Below, one piece after another: positions 52,755 to 64,000 of a DNA stretch of 64,000 bases (position 1 is its first letter; every line of letters begins with the position of its first letter). The notes beneath the pieces were generated by a model. That model was given only the letters and a program-made list of their open reading frames with translations. It did not search any database and was not told where the DNA came from. Source of the stretch: Octopus sinensis (Eukaryota); contig NC_043021.1 in assembly GCF_006345805.1 (NCBI RefSeq), positions 20,894,001 to 20,958,000 of the forward strand, read 5' to 3'. The position numbers were made by a program, and so were the translations under genes.

Positions 52755-53390
52755 TATTATTTCTAGGACTGCACTGTTCAATATGTCCTTCCTTTTTCTA
52801 AGACAGTAAAGCATGATTTCTTGGAAATCTAGCTGCTATTTTTAGGACTGCATTGTTCAATATGCCCTTCCTTTTTCTAAGACAGTAAAGCATGGTTTCT
52901 TGGAAATCTAGCTGCTATTTCTAGGACTGCATTGTTCAATATGCCCTTCCTTTTTCTAAGACAATAAAGCACGATTTCTTGGAAATCTAGCTGCTATTTC
53001 TAGGACTGCATTGTTCAATATGTCCTTTTTTCTAAGACAGTAAAACATGATTTCTTGGCAATCTAGCTGCTATTTCTAGGACTGCACTGTTCAATATGCC
53101 CTTCCTTTTTCTAAGACAGTAAAGCATGATTTCTTGGAAATCTAGCTGCTATTTCTAGGACTGCACTGTTCAATATGTCCTTCCTTTTGCATAAACAGTA
53201 CAGAATGATTTCTTGGAAATCAAGCTGCTATTTCTAGGACTGCATTGTTCAGTATGTCCTTCCTTTTTCTAAGGCAGTAAAACATGATTTCTTGGAAATC
53301 AAGCTGCTATTTCTAGGACTGGATTGTTTAGTATGTCCTTCTTTCTAAGACTACATTTTTCACTGTGTCCTTCCTTTTTTAAGACAGAAC
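52755..53390. repeat. ~79-bp minisatellite, about 8 copies, in an MIIP intron
   Basis: Unit gctatttctaggactgcattgttcaatatgcccttcctttttctaagacagtaaagcatgatttcttggaaatctagct. Confidence 0.92.
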
Positions 53391-53886
53391 AGCATGATTT
53401 GCTGCTGGTACTGACAAAGATGATTAGCACAGATTAGCACATTAATAACATTCGAGCGAGGTCGTTGCCAGTGCCGTTGGACTGGCTCCTGTGCAGGTGG
53501 CACATAAAAAGCACCATTTGAGTGTGGCCGTTGCCAGTATCACCTGACTGGCCCTCATGCTGGTGGCACGTAAAAGCACCCACTACACTCTTGGAATGGT
53601 TGGCGTTAGGAAGGGCATCCAGCTGTAGAAACTCTGTCAGATCAGATTGGAGTCTGGTGCAGCCATCTGGTTCGCCAGACCTCAGTCAAATCGTCCAACC
53701 CATGATAGCATGGAAAGCGGATGTTAAACGATGATGATGATGATGACGGCGATGAAGATGATGTTGTTGACAATGAAGATGATCATATTCATCATTGTCT
53801 CATTAAACAATTCCTAAACATATGGGGGAAAAAAAAAGAAAAACATGGGAAACATATGGGAAACAGAAAGACAAAAACCCACAGAC

Positions 53887-53986
53887 CTTTCCAAGTGACA
53901 GAGTGTCAGTGGTATCACAAGTGCCCTTTCGAGGAGCTTTATTGACTTGGCGTTTGGTCAACAACAGATCTTGTGGCATGCTTATT
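53887..53986 (-). CDS. MIIP: MIIP-like exon (100 nt, phase 2-0)
   Basis: ttttgtAG|A ATA AGC ATG CCA...CTT GGA AAG|GTCTGT gives RISMPQDLLLTKRQVNKAPRKGTCDTTDTLSLGK, similar to MIIP RVSIP...RRKSFDASDTLALPR. Confidence 0.82.
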
Positions 53987-55555
53987 CTACAAAAGGCAAA
54001 GAACATGAATGATAGATTGAAAACACAATGAAATAAAAACTAGACAAATGAACAAAGGAAAAAAAAAAAGAACCCTACTTCCTTGCTCCAAAAATTGCAA
54101 CCATTCTTTGATTTGCAAGTTGTACATAGAAACCTGTTTTTTGGTACCACATTTTAATACCATGTTTTGATTAGTGTAATGTTCCATACCTTTCCACATA
54201 CATATAAAATGGACTCTCCTAACTATAACCCTGCATTAAGCAACAATAGACACACATCTTTTATCTTTTACTTGTTTCAGTCACTGGACTGTGGCCATGC
54301 TGGGGCACTGCCTTGAAGTATTTAATCACACAAATCAGCCTCAGGACTTCATCATCATCTTCGTTTAGCGTCTGCTTTCCATGCTAGCATGGGTTGGACA
54401 GTTCAACTGGGGTCTGGGAAGCCAGAAGGCTGCACCAGGCCCAGTCTGATCCGGCAATGTTTCTATGGCTGGATGCCCTTCCTAACGCCAACCACTCCAT
54501 GGGTGTAGTGGGTGCTTTTTACGTGCCACCGGCACGAGGCCAGTCGGGGCGGCACTGGCAACGGCCACGTTCGGATGGTTCTCTTACGTACCACCGGCAC
54601 TGGTATCACAGCTGCAATTTCATCATAGCGGCAACTTATATTTTCTATCAAAGTCTGGTTCTTTATTGTTCACTTTTGCTGAACTGTTAGGTTGTAAGGA
54701 TGTAAACAAACCAACACAAGTTGTCAAACAGTGACTGGGGATAAACACAAATACATAGATATATATATACAACAGGCTTCTTCGAAGTTTTCGTCTACTG
54801 AATTCATTCACAAGGCATTGATTAGAATTTCTTCCTGCACCTAAACACATTGATCCAGCGAATACCAACAGAAAAAAAGAAAGATTACAGGGTGTGGAAG
54901 GAACCTTACATTAACCCTTATGATTTTGTGGTTCAGCAAAGGATTTAATTTCAATTTAGCTTCAAAGAAAAATTAAGAAAATAACACTACTTGGTACTGA
55001 TGCTATCAAGTTAACTCCCTTTGGTATTTCACATTGATAATTATTAAAGAGCTAGAAAACACATCGGGAAATCTGATAGGGGACAGTACTGAAGGGATAT
55101 GGTGATTTACACCTTTTACCATAAGACAGAATTTTTTTCTCCCCAGTAATTGTATTGAATTTGCTTCTGGAAAATGAAATATATCACAAGTTTGCTTATG
55201 CCTAAACACTGCTTAGCATTGATACTGCTGAATTTCTTTCAACCAGGCAGCCCCATGGTGCAGCTCAGTCAATGTTGTTGACTGTGTTTTAATTAAAGCT
55301 ACAGCTTTAAATCTGCCCAGAATGACCTCCCTTTGGTATTTTCCATTGATAATGGCTAAAGAGCTAGCAATGCTGCATCCAAGAATCTGATAACGGGCAA
55401 CTTTCATCATAGGAGAGAGAATTTTTCTCTCTATAGTAACTGCAGGGAATTTGCCTTTAGAAGTCAAAATATGTCACAAACATATTTTAACCTAAACTTC
55501 ACATACACTTAAACACTGCTTGGCACTGATGCTGCTAAGAAAATAAGATTTTTAC

Positions 55556-55700
55556 CTGACATATCTTGGGGATGAAAACGTGGGTTTCCTCTCAGCACTG
55601 CTTCGACTGTTATTGACTTCAGATGACTCAGAAGTTAAGAAAGACTTTTTCTTCATTGGTTCCGAGAATAACCGATCATTAACATGGTATGATTTGATTT
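55556..55700 (-). CDS. MIIP: MIIP-like exon (145 nt, phase 1-2)
   Basis: ttttcttaaacAG|AA ATC AAA TCA TAC CAT GTT AAT GAT CGG TTA TTC...TAT GTC AG|GTAAAA gives (K)IKSYHVNDRLFSEPM...FSSPRYV(R), similar to MIIP CYRVNRRLF...PAHVR. Confidence 0.8.
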
Positions 55701-56400
55701 CTGTTTAAGAAAAGAAAAGAAAAAAAAAGACAATCACAATTGAATAGGTAATTAAGAATTTTCTTAACCCTTCAAGCATTCAATCCAGACATATCTGGCC
55801 CATATATTCTATCTGTTTTATAGTCAATCCAGCTAGATCCAGCCTCTCACACCTACCCGGCAATGTCATTCTAAAAGTAGACAATCACATCACTGAAATC
55901 CCAAAGCTACATGTTTTATCTAGTTTTTTTTTTATGTGCCCCTTTCAAGCCTGGCCAGGCTCGTGGGCCTGGTTTCTGTGGTGTGTGTGTTCCCCTCAGC
56001 TGGACGGGATGCACACACACACACACACACGTTATATGTAAGACACCCTGTGCAAAATGTCTTCTACAAAAGCCTTGAGTTGACCAATGCCTTGTGAGTT
56101 TGGTAGATGGGCATGTGAGGAAGCCTGCTGGTTGGGTGCATGTGCATGTATGTATCTTTGTGTCGGTGTTTGTTCCCCCATCATCACTTGACAGACAGTA
56201 TTCCTTTGTTTATATCCCCATTTCTTAGTGGTTTGGAAAAGAGAGATTAACAGAATAAGTATTAGACTTCAAAAAAAAAAGAAAAATCCCATAAGTACTG
56301 GGGTCAATCCGTTTGACAAAACCCTTCACGGTAGTGCCCCAGCATGGCCACAGTCCAATGACTGAAACAGGTAAAGGATAAAAGATGCGGGAAAACTTAC

Positions 56401-56462
56401 TAGACTCAGTCAGTATATCTTGTATCAACTGGGGTTCATGTGATGCATCCACAAAGTTCTCC
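56401..56462 (-). CDS. MIIP: MIIP-like exon (62 nt, phase 2-1)
   Basis: ttttattttcaAG|G GAG AAC TTT...GAG TCT A|GTAAGT gives ENFVDASHEPQLIQDILTES; phases bridge the flanking exons; SHEPQL resembles human SHPEPQL. Confidence 0.8.
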
Positions 56463-56798
56463 CTTGAAAATAAAAGCAAAAATAAAGAAATGATGGAGAT
56501 TGAAGAGACTGGAAGTACGAAGGGGAAAAAGTACGAAGGGGAAGAAGTACAAAAGGGAAGAAACTTAAAGCTTTGCTTTTTCCAAATTATTTGTTTAAAA
56601 AGTAATTATAAAAAAAAAACGATCGCAGGTGTGGCTATGTGGTAAGTAGCTTGCTAACCAACCACATGGTTCCGGGTTCAGTCCCACTGCGTGGCATCTT
56701 GGGCAAGTGTCTTCTGCTATAGCCCCGGGCCAACCAATGCCTTGTGAGTGGATTTGGTAGACGGAAACTGAAAGAAGCCTGTCATATGTATATATATC

Positions 56799-56837
<39 letters not shown>

Positions 56838-57167
56838 GTGTGTGTGTTTGTCCCCCTAGCATTGCTTGACAACTAATGCTGGTGTGTTTATGTCCCCGTC
56901 ACTTAGCGGTTCGGCAAAAGAGACCGATAGAATAAGTACTGGGCTTACAAAAGAATAAGTCCTGGTGTTGATTTGCTCGACTAAAGGCGGTGCTCCAGCA
57001 TGGCTGCAGTCAAATGACTGAAACAAGTAAAAAGAGTAAAGAGAGAGATCTTGTGTGATGTGTAAATGGAAACATTTTCGTTTTCTTTCACTTCACTCTT
57101 CTATTCAATTGCAAAAAATAAAAATAAGTAAAAAAAGGGGCACCAGTGCTGGCACCATTTAGAAAAA

Positions 57168-57597
57168 CCGGATCTTTTCGGTTTGAACAGCAGTTTTTAA
57201 CATACTTTCTAGGTAACTAAAAAATTTTAAACTTCGTATATTGGTAGAATGTGTTTATAAAACATCTTTTTCTCTTGGCTTTATTGAGAAAATTCTATAG
57301 TTTGTAAGATATTTGGGGTTTTTTTCTTCAATTTCTGCAATTTCAACCAATCACTGACGTCCATTGAGGTAAACAACATTCTGTGTCGTATGAATATGTC
57401 CCTCGTTTAAGAAACAGATTGGGTTTATTTACATTTATGAAAAAAAAAAAAGATACCCTTCCACCCACCCGTAACCAACCCTAACTAACCCTAACCCTAA
57501 AATAGATTGAAATGCAATACATCGATACTAGGGTCATAATTATGGGTGACAATTTCATATGACACCGCTAGAAAAAACTGCCGTTCAAACCGAAAAC
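57168..57597. mobile_element. MITE of the CGGATC-TIR family
   Basis: cggatcttttcggtttgaacagcagttttt ... aaaaactgccgttcaaaccgaaaa; internal block shared with 21120-21190; contains (CCCTAA)-like repeats. Confidence 0.6.
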
Positions 57598-59009
57598 CCA
57601 CTTGTACCAGCAACACATGCAAAAGGTAACCATGCTAGTGGCACATGAATAAAGCAGCCGTGCTGGTACCATATGGAAAAAAACAGCCATGCCAGCATCA
57701 TGTGAAAAAAAGGACCTTGAAAGAAGCACACATGCCAGGTGCCACACAAATATAGCATTTGTGCTAGTGTTCCGTGAAAAATGCACCCAGTACACACTGC
57801 AAAGTGGTTGGTGTTAGGAAGGGCATCCAGCAATATATCATATGTGTGGTTCCTTGGGCAAGAGGTTTTCTAGAAATACTGCAAAGTAGATGATATATAT
57901 ATATATATATATAATATATATACAATAATATGTTACATTACTCGATATTCAAGATAAAACTCTGAGTTTCAGATGCCGAAGTGGAAATCCACAACACCAT
58001 CTCTTCGGTTATCTGGCTATTTTGTTATCTTACCGTTTTACCAATATATATATATATAATATATAATTACATTATATAATTACGTTATATAATTAGGGTT
58101 CAGTAAAATAATTTACTTTACCACACACTGAACTTTTAGAATAGCAGCCAAAAAATCTCAGCTATTTCTTCTACTATAACAAAAATCTCCCAGACAATGT
58201 ATACTCAAAAATAAAGGTTCAGTGTGTGGTAAAGTAAATATTTTACTGAACCCTAATTATATAAAGTAATGTTTTAAATATACCTTAAATGGTCCTCATA
58301 CATACTGAATACTACTTGGTAAAATTAATTAATAATTAATTGATTTTACCCTTTTATTATTGATAATATATATATATATATATTACCATCATTGTTGCTT
58401 AATGTCTGATTTCCATGCTGGTATGGGTTGGACAGTTTGACTGAGGACTGGCAAGCCAGGAGGCTGCACCAGGCTCCAATCCAATCTGGCAAGGTTTCTA
58501 CAGCTGGAATTAGAAGCCTTGCCAAAACAGATGACTGAAGCCTGGTGCAGCCTGGTTTGCCAGCTCCTGTCAAACCATCCACCCCGTGCCGGCATAGAAT
58601 ACTGATGATGACTCAACTGGACACTGGAGAAGCAAGGTGAGACATGAGGTAGTGCTATGTATCCTTTTACCATCTGTGCATCGAGCACCTGTCCAACACA
58701 TTCAACTCATAAATTTCTGACATTAAGCATGGATAAAGTACAGTAAATCGCAGCTGACAGCAACAAGGTTTGAACCTGAGATGTAAAGAATGCAACTAAA
58801 CACTTTCAGGCATCCGACAAATAATGTGAGTTCATGGCTGTTTCCTGCACCAGCTTCACATAGAAGCCCCAGCCCTTCCAAAGTGCCTTGGATCGCAGGA
58901 TGGCCTGCTGTACTTACCTTGGATCGTAGGGCGACCTGCTGCGCATGAGGAGACCTATTGAGTCAAGTACATCAACATAAAAAAATCAAATGGAAATTGT
59001 AGTTGCGAT

Positions 59010-59540
59010 ACCTGTGCTGGTGGCATGTAAAACGCACCATTCGTACGTGGCTGATACCAGCACAGCCTTGACTGGCTTCCGTGCTGGTGGCATGTAAAAA
59101 GCACCAACTGATCATGGCCGTTGCCAGCCTCCGGTGGCACGTAAAAAGCACCAACTGATCATGGCCGTTGCCAGCCTCCGGTGGCACGTAAAAAGCACCA
59201 ACTGATCGTGGCCATTGCTAGCCTCCCCTGGCACCTGTGCCGGTGGCATGTAAAAAGCACCATCCGTACGTGGTTGATGCCAGCTCTGCCTCGACTGGCC
59301 CCCGTGCTGGTGGCACGTAAAAAGCACCAACCGATCGTGGCCATTACTAGTCTCCCCTGGCACGTAAAAAGCACCCACTACACTCACAGAGTGGTTGGCG
59401 TTAGGAAGAGCATCCAGCTGTAGAAACTCTGCCAGATCAAGATTGAAGCCTGGTGCAGCCTCCTGGCTTCCCAGACCCGGTCGAACCGTCCAACCCATGC
59501 TAGCATGGAAAGCGGACGTTAAACGATGATGATGATGATG
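59010..59540 (+). mobile_element. SINE-C family repeat with variable ~60-bp 5' tandem module and (GAT)n tail, representative copy
   Basis: gtggcacgtaaaaagcacc modules, then ggcgttaggaagggcatccagctgtagaaac..catggaaagcggacgttaaac(gat)n. Others at about 13005-13415(-), 14900-15160, 27296-27600(-), 36355-36680, 51395-51700, 52130-52420, 53455-53745, 63780-64000(-). Confidence 0.85.
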
Positions 59541-60046
59541 ACATATTTGCAATACATAGATGCAGTGGTAATGTGCAATATTTGTAATAAGAAAAGCAAC
59601 GTGTGGCTGTGTGGTAAGAAGCTTGCTTCCCAACCACATGGTTCTGGGTTCAGTCCACCTTGGCCAATGCCTTCTACTAGAGCCTTCAGCCAACCAAAGC
59701 TTTGTGGGTGGATTTGGTAGATGGAAACTGAAGGAAGCCCATCGTGTGTATGTGTTTGACCTCCACCACTGATTGACAGTTGGTGTTGGTGTGTTTATAT
59801 CCCTGTAACTTAACGGTTTGGCAAAAGGGACTGATAGAATAAGTACGAGACTTGAAGGCCTAAGTACTTGAGTAAATTCATTTGACTAAAATTCTTCAAG
59901 CTGGTGCCCCAAGAAAAAAACAACAACATTGTCATTGAAATAAAAGAAAGAAAGAAGAACACCAATTCATTAAAAAAAACAGAACCCTAATTCATTCAAA
60001 TCAAATGTTAATTAAAAAAAAAATGAAATGAAAGTCTTTGGCATAC

Positions 60047-60198
60047 AGCTGGTTGACATCCGTCAATCTTCTGTCTTGAGATTCCTTCCAGAAGGACTTC
60101 AGCTTGTCAAAGTGCTCGTTGGACAAGTGTGTTGTAGAGTGATGCTGACGGTTGTCTAGGATACCAGCAATCCAATCGTATCCAAGCAGTTTCTCTTT
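60047..60198 (-). CDS. MIIP: MIIP-like protein, 5'-most exon found (152 nt, phase 0-2)
   Basis: Minus strand catcttcAG|AAA GAG AAA CTG CTT GGA TAC GAT TGG...AAC CAG CT|GTATGC gives KEKLLGYDWIAGILDNRQHHSTTHLSNEHFDKLKSFWKESQDRRLTDVNQ(L); LLGYDWIAG is the motif I recognise from the MIIP family. Confidence 0.85.
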
Positions 60199-60822
60199 CT
60201 GAAGATGCAAAGAAGTACCAAAAGAGAAAACGAAAATAGAAATCAATACAATGGAAAAATGATCAATCAAAAAGGAAAGATAAGATACTCTTTTCTCTTT
60301 TACTTGTTTCAGTCATTTGACTGCAGCCATGCTGGAGCACCACCTTTAATCGAGCAACTCGACCCCGGGACTTATTCTTTTGTAAGCCCAGTACTCATTC
60401 TATCGGTCTCTTTTGCCGAACCGCTAAGTGACGGGGACGTAAACACACCAGCATCGGTTGTTAAGCAATGCTAGGGGGACAAACACAGACACACAAACGC
60501 ACACACATATATATATATATACGACAGGCTTCTTTCAGTTTCCGTCTACCAAATCCACTCACAAGGCATTGGTCGGCCTGGGGCTATAGCAGAAGACACT
60601 TGCCCAGGATGCCACGCAGTGGGACTGAACCCGGAACCATGTGGTTGGTTAGCAAGCTACTTACCACACAGCCACTCCTGCGCCTATGTAAAAAAAGATG
60701 TAAAAAAAAAAAAAAAAAAACTGATTTGAAATAGGTGCAGGCATGGCTGTGTGGTTAGGAAGTTTGCATTCGTAATCACATGATTTTGGGTTCAGTCCCA
60801 CTGTACAGCATCTTGAGCAAGT

Positions 60823-61420
60823 ACAGTTCTATATTTAAGAGATGAGGAATAATGTACGCTATTTACATTCGATGGATATTTGTCCTCATCTTGTTTGTTG
60901 CTAACACAACATACACCCACGGGTATACGGCATAGTGGTTAAGAGCATGGGCTACTAACACCAAGATTCTAAGTTCGATTCCAAGCAGTGACCTGAACAC
61001 TAACAATAATAATAATAATAATAATAATAATATAATGGACCTTTTGAGCAGGATGGGTTACTCGACCAGAAGAAAATTCTAACTGGGCCCCCACCTGCAA
61101 GGTCAGGTGCTGTTTATGAGATCACCCTGTCGCGCACATATGGTTGTGATGCATGTGCCTGGTGTATCCTTATCAGACGGGTAGTCATGATGGGTATACT
61201 GGGCTTCGTATATTTTACCCCAATGTCACTTTGATGGCATGCACTGCTCTTTCACTCAATAATAATAACAACAACAGCATTGAAAAATACCTTAGGAATG
61301 AGAACCCAGGTTCGAAATTTCCCCAAGACACCTGATGAAGGCTAGAGGGTATGTCAGCCGAAACGTTGTGTTAACAACAAACAAGATGAGGACAAATATC
61401 CGTCAAATGTAAATAATGTA
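60823..61420 (+). mobile_element. tRNA-headed hammerhead element with inverted 3' arm, inserted into a SINE-B head
   Basis: 60826-60910 is an inverted 3' end. The tRNA-like head starts at 60929 and a secondary insert lies at about 61033-61260. Flanked by TCTTGAGCAAGT (60811) and TCTTAAGCAAGT (61421). Confidence 0.75.
61327..61372 (+). ncRNA. Minimal hammerhead ribozyme-like motif (canonical core)
   Basis: GACAC-CTGATGA-A-GGCT agagggtatgtc AGCC-GAA-ACGT-T-GTGTT; helix I GACAC/GTGTT and palindromic helix III ACGT. Confidence 0.72.
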
Positions 61421-61903
61421 TCTTAAGCAAGTGTTTTCTACTATAGCCTCAAGCTGGCCAATGCCTTGAGTAAAATTTGGTAGATGGAAACTGGAAGAAG
61501 CCCATCATATATATGGCGGCGAGCTGGTAGAATCGTTACCACACCGGCCGTATTTCATCTGCCGTTACGTTCTGAGTTCAAATTCCGCCGAGGTTGACTT
61601 TGCCTTTCATCCTTTCGGGGTCGATAAATTAAGTACCAGTTACGCACTGGGGTCGATGTAATCGACTTAATCCGTTTGTCTGTCTTTGCTTGTCCCCTCT
61701 ATGTTTAGCCCCTTGTGGGTAGTAAAGAAATATATATATGCATGTGTGTGTGTGTGTAATATGGCAAAATGGTGTGTTGGGTTGCATTCCTTTACATTAG
61801 GAGGTAACTTAGCTATTTTGATCAATAAGCATCAATAAAATAAAAATAGTACACTAGAGCAAATATTTGAATTCAATCTGAATGAATAAAAAAAAAAAAC
61901 TTC

Positions 61904-61937
<34 letters not shown>

Positions 61938-62621
61938 AAGAAAATGTAAACTCCAGAATGGCCAAAGTCCAGTAATGTGAAACCAGTAGAAACATTATGT
62001 TGACATCAACAGGTTCAAATGCTGCATTCAAGACACTTTGCAGGCATTAATGGCATTCATTAGCCATAAGCAATAAAATTTCTACAGAGAAGGGTGAGAA
62101 TGCCAAGTGCTGAAGCCATACCTGTTGAAAGGCACTTTAGATTGAGTTTGTCAATTGACGGTTGCTAATATTCTAATGTCATTCAAAGACTGAGAGATCA
62201 TAAGCACTAATTTGAGAAGGATATACTGAGTTACTAGATCTCTCTGTTTATGTATATATTATACATATTCTTTTACTTGTTTCAGTCATTTGACTGCGGC
62301 CCTGCTGGAGCACCGCCTTTAGTCGAGCAAATCGACCCCAGGACTTATTCTATCAGTCTCTTTTGTTGAACCGCTAAATTACAGGGATGTAAACACACCA
62401 ACACTGGTTGTCAAGCAATGGTGGGGAGACAAAGACACACACACACATATAGGAGTAGGAGTGGCTGTGTGGTAAGTAGCTTGCTTACCAACCACATAGT
62501 TCCGGGTTCAGTCCCACTGTGTGGCACCTTGGGCAAGTGTCTTATACTATAGCCTCGGGCCGACCAAAACCTTGTGAGTGGATCTGGTAGACGGAAACTG
62601 AAAGAAGCCCGTTGTATATAT

Positions 62622-62654
<33 letters not shown>

Positions 62655-64000
62655 CGTGTATGTTTGTGTCTGTGTTTGTGCCCCCAACATTGCTTGACAA
62701 CCGATGCTGGTTTGTTGACGTCTCCGTAACTTAGCGGTTCGGTATAAGTGACCAATAGAATAAGTACTAGGCTTACAAAGAATAAGTCCTGGGGTCGAGT
62801 TGCTTGACTAAAGGTGGTACTCCAGCATGGCCACAGTCAAATGACTGAAACAAGTAAAAAAGTATATACTCTTTACTCTGTTTTACTCTTTTACTTGTTT
62901 CAGTCATTTCACTGCGGTCAAGCTGGAGCACCGCATTTAGTTGAGCAAATCAACCCCAGGACTTATTCTTTGTAAGCCTAGGACTTATTCTACTGGTCTG
63001 TTTTGCTGAACTGCTAAGTTACGGGGATGTAAACACACCCGCATCGGTTGTCAAGTGATGTTGGGGGGACAAACACAGACACATATATATATATATATAT
63101 ACATACATACGATGGGCTTCTTTCAGTTTCTGTCTGGTGTTGGTTAGTTTATGTTCCCATATCTTAGCAGTTCAGCAAAAGAAAACAACATAAGTATCAG
63201 GCTAAGGAAAAAAAAAGTACTAAGTTTCATTTGTTTGACTAAACCCTTCAAGCTAGTGCCCCAGCTTGGCTGCAGACCACTGATATATATATATATGTGT
63301 GTGTGTCTAAATTTATCATCATCATCGTTTAGCGTCCGCCTTCCATGCTAGCATGGGTTGGACGGTTCAACTGGGGTGTGGGAAGCCAGAAGGCTGCACC
63401 AGGCCCAGTCTGATCTGGCAATGTTTCTACGGCTGGATGCCCTTCCTAACGTCAACCACTCTGTGAGTGTAGTGGGATTTGGCTTCTACTTCTTGCCAGT
63501 TTAGCAACCATATAGAGATCACTTATTGGTCCATATTAATTTTTAACCTCAGTCAGTCTTAATTCAGTAGACTTATGATCCAACGGTGACCATCTCATCA
63601 GTTTTTGGACATCTAGAATCACATTATACATTATTATGTCCTTGTTTTAAACTACAGTTTGGAGTCTCATTGGAGATTTGGCTGCTATTTCCAGCATATT
63701 GAGCATCTACATAGAGACACTTACTTCAGCTCACACTGTCTCACTGGTTCTCTCCCTCCTCATTAGCCCAAGCTCCTTCATCATCATCATCGGTTAGCGT
63801 CCGCTTTCCATGCTAGCATGGGTTGGACGGTTCAACTGGGGTCTGGGAAGCCAGAAGGCTGCACCAGGCCCAGTCTGATCTGGCATTGTTTCTACAGCTG
63901 GATGCCCTTCCTAACACCAACCACTCCGTGAGTGTAGTGGGTGCATTTTACATGCCACCGGCACAGGTGCCAGACGAGGCTGGCAAACGGCCACGATCGG

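Noticed and set aside
57470-57500. CCCTAA repeats as an interstitial telomere
   Set aside because: Only 2-3 imperfect units, internal to a MITE.
58690-58785. Minus-strand AG..GT bounded segment (FKPCCCQLRF..) as an MIIP exon
   Set aside because: Weak donor (GTGCTC), no homology, and 60047 already joins 56462 in phase.

Overview
Eukaryotic, AT-rich, microsatellite- and SINE-dense genomic DNA. The repeat landscape suggests an octopus (inference, not searched). Two convergent multi-exon genes can be assembled from splice sites and protein similarity. (1) A PDE6D (PDE-delta/PrBP prenyl-binding protein) orthologue on + has five coding exons between 14558 and 30705, one of them a 26-nt microexon; its first coding exon was not found. 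(2) An MIIP-like gene on - has six coding exons from 60198 down to a stop at 47488; its 5' exons were not found. The rest is transposon-derived: at least four tRNA-type or simple-tailed SINE families (my working labels SINE-A to SINE-D; representative copies listed), CR1 and RTE LINE fragments, Helitron/Helentron pieces, several MITEs and DNA-transposon relics, long fold-back palindromes within (TA)n, minisatellites and a 100-N gap. Almost all ORFs in the supplied track are microsatellite or SINE artefacts. The most notable signal is three distinct families of short elements carrying minimal hammerhead-ribozyme folds with palindromic helix III (Penelope/retrozyme-like). These include a U3-A8 covariant core in a ~360-bp tandem and inverted array, and a tRNA-headed family. 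Vertebrate comparisons are from memory and need database confirmation.
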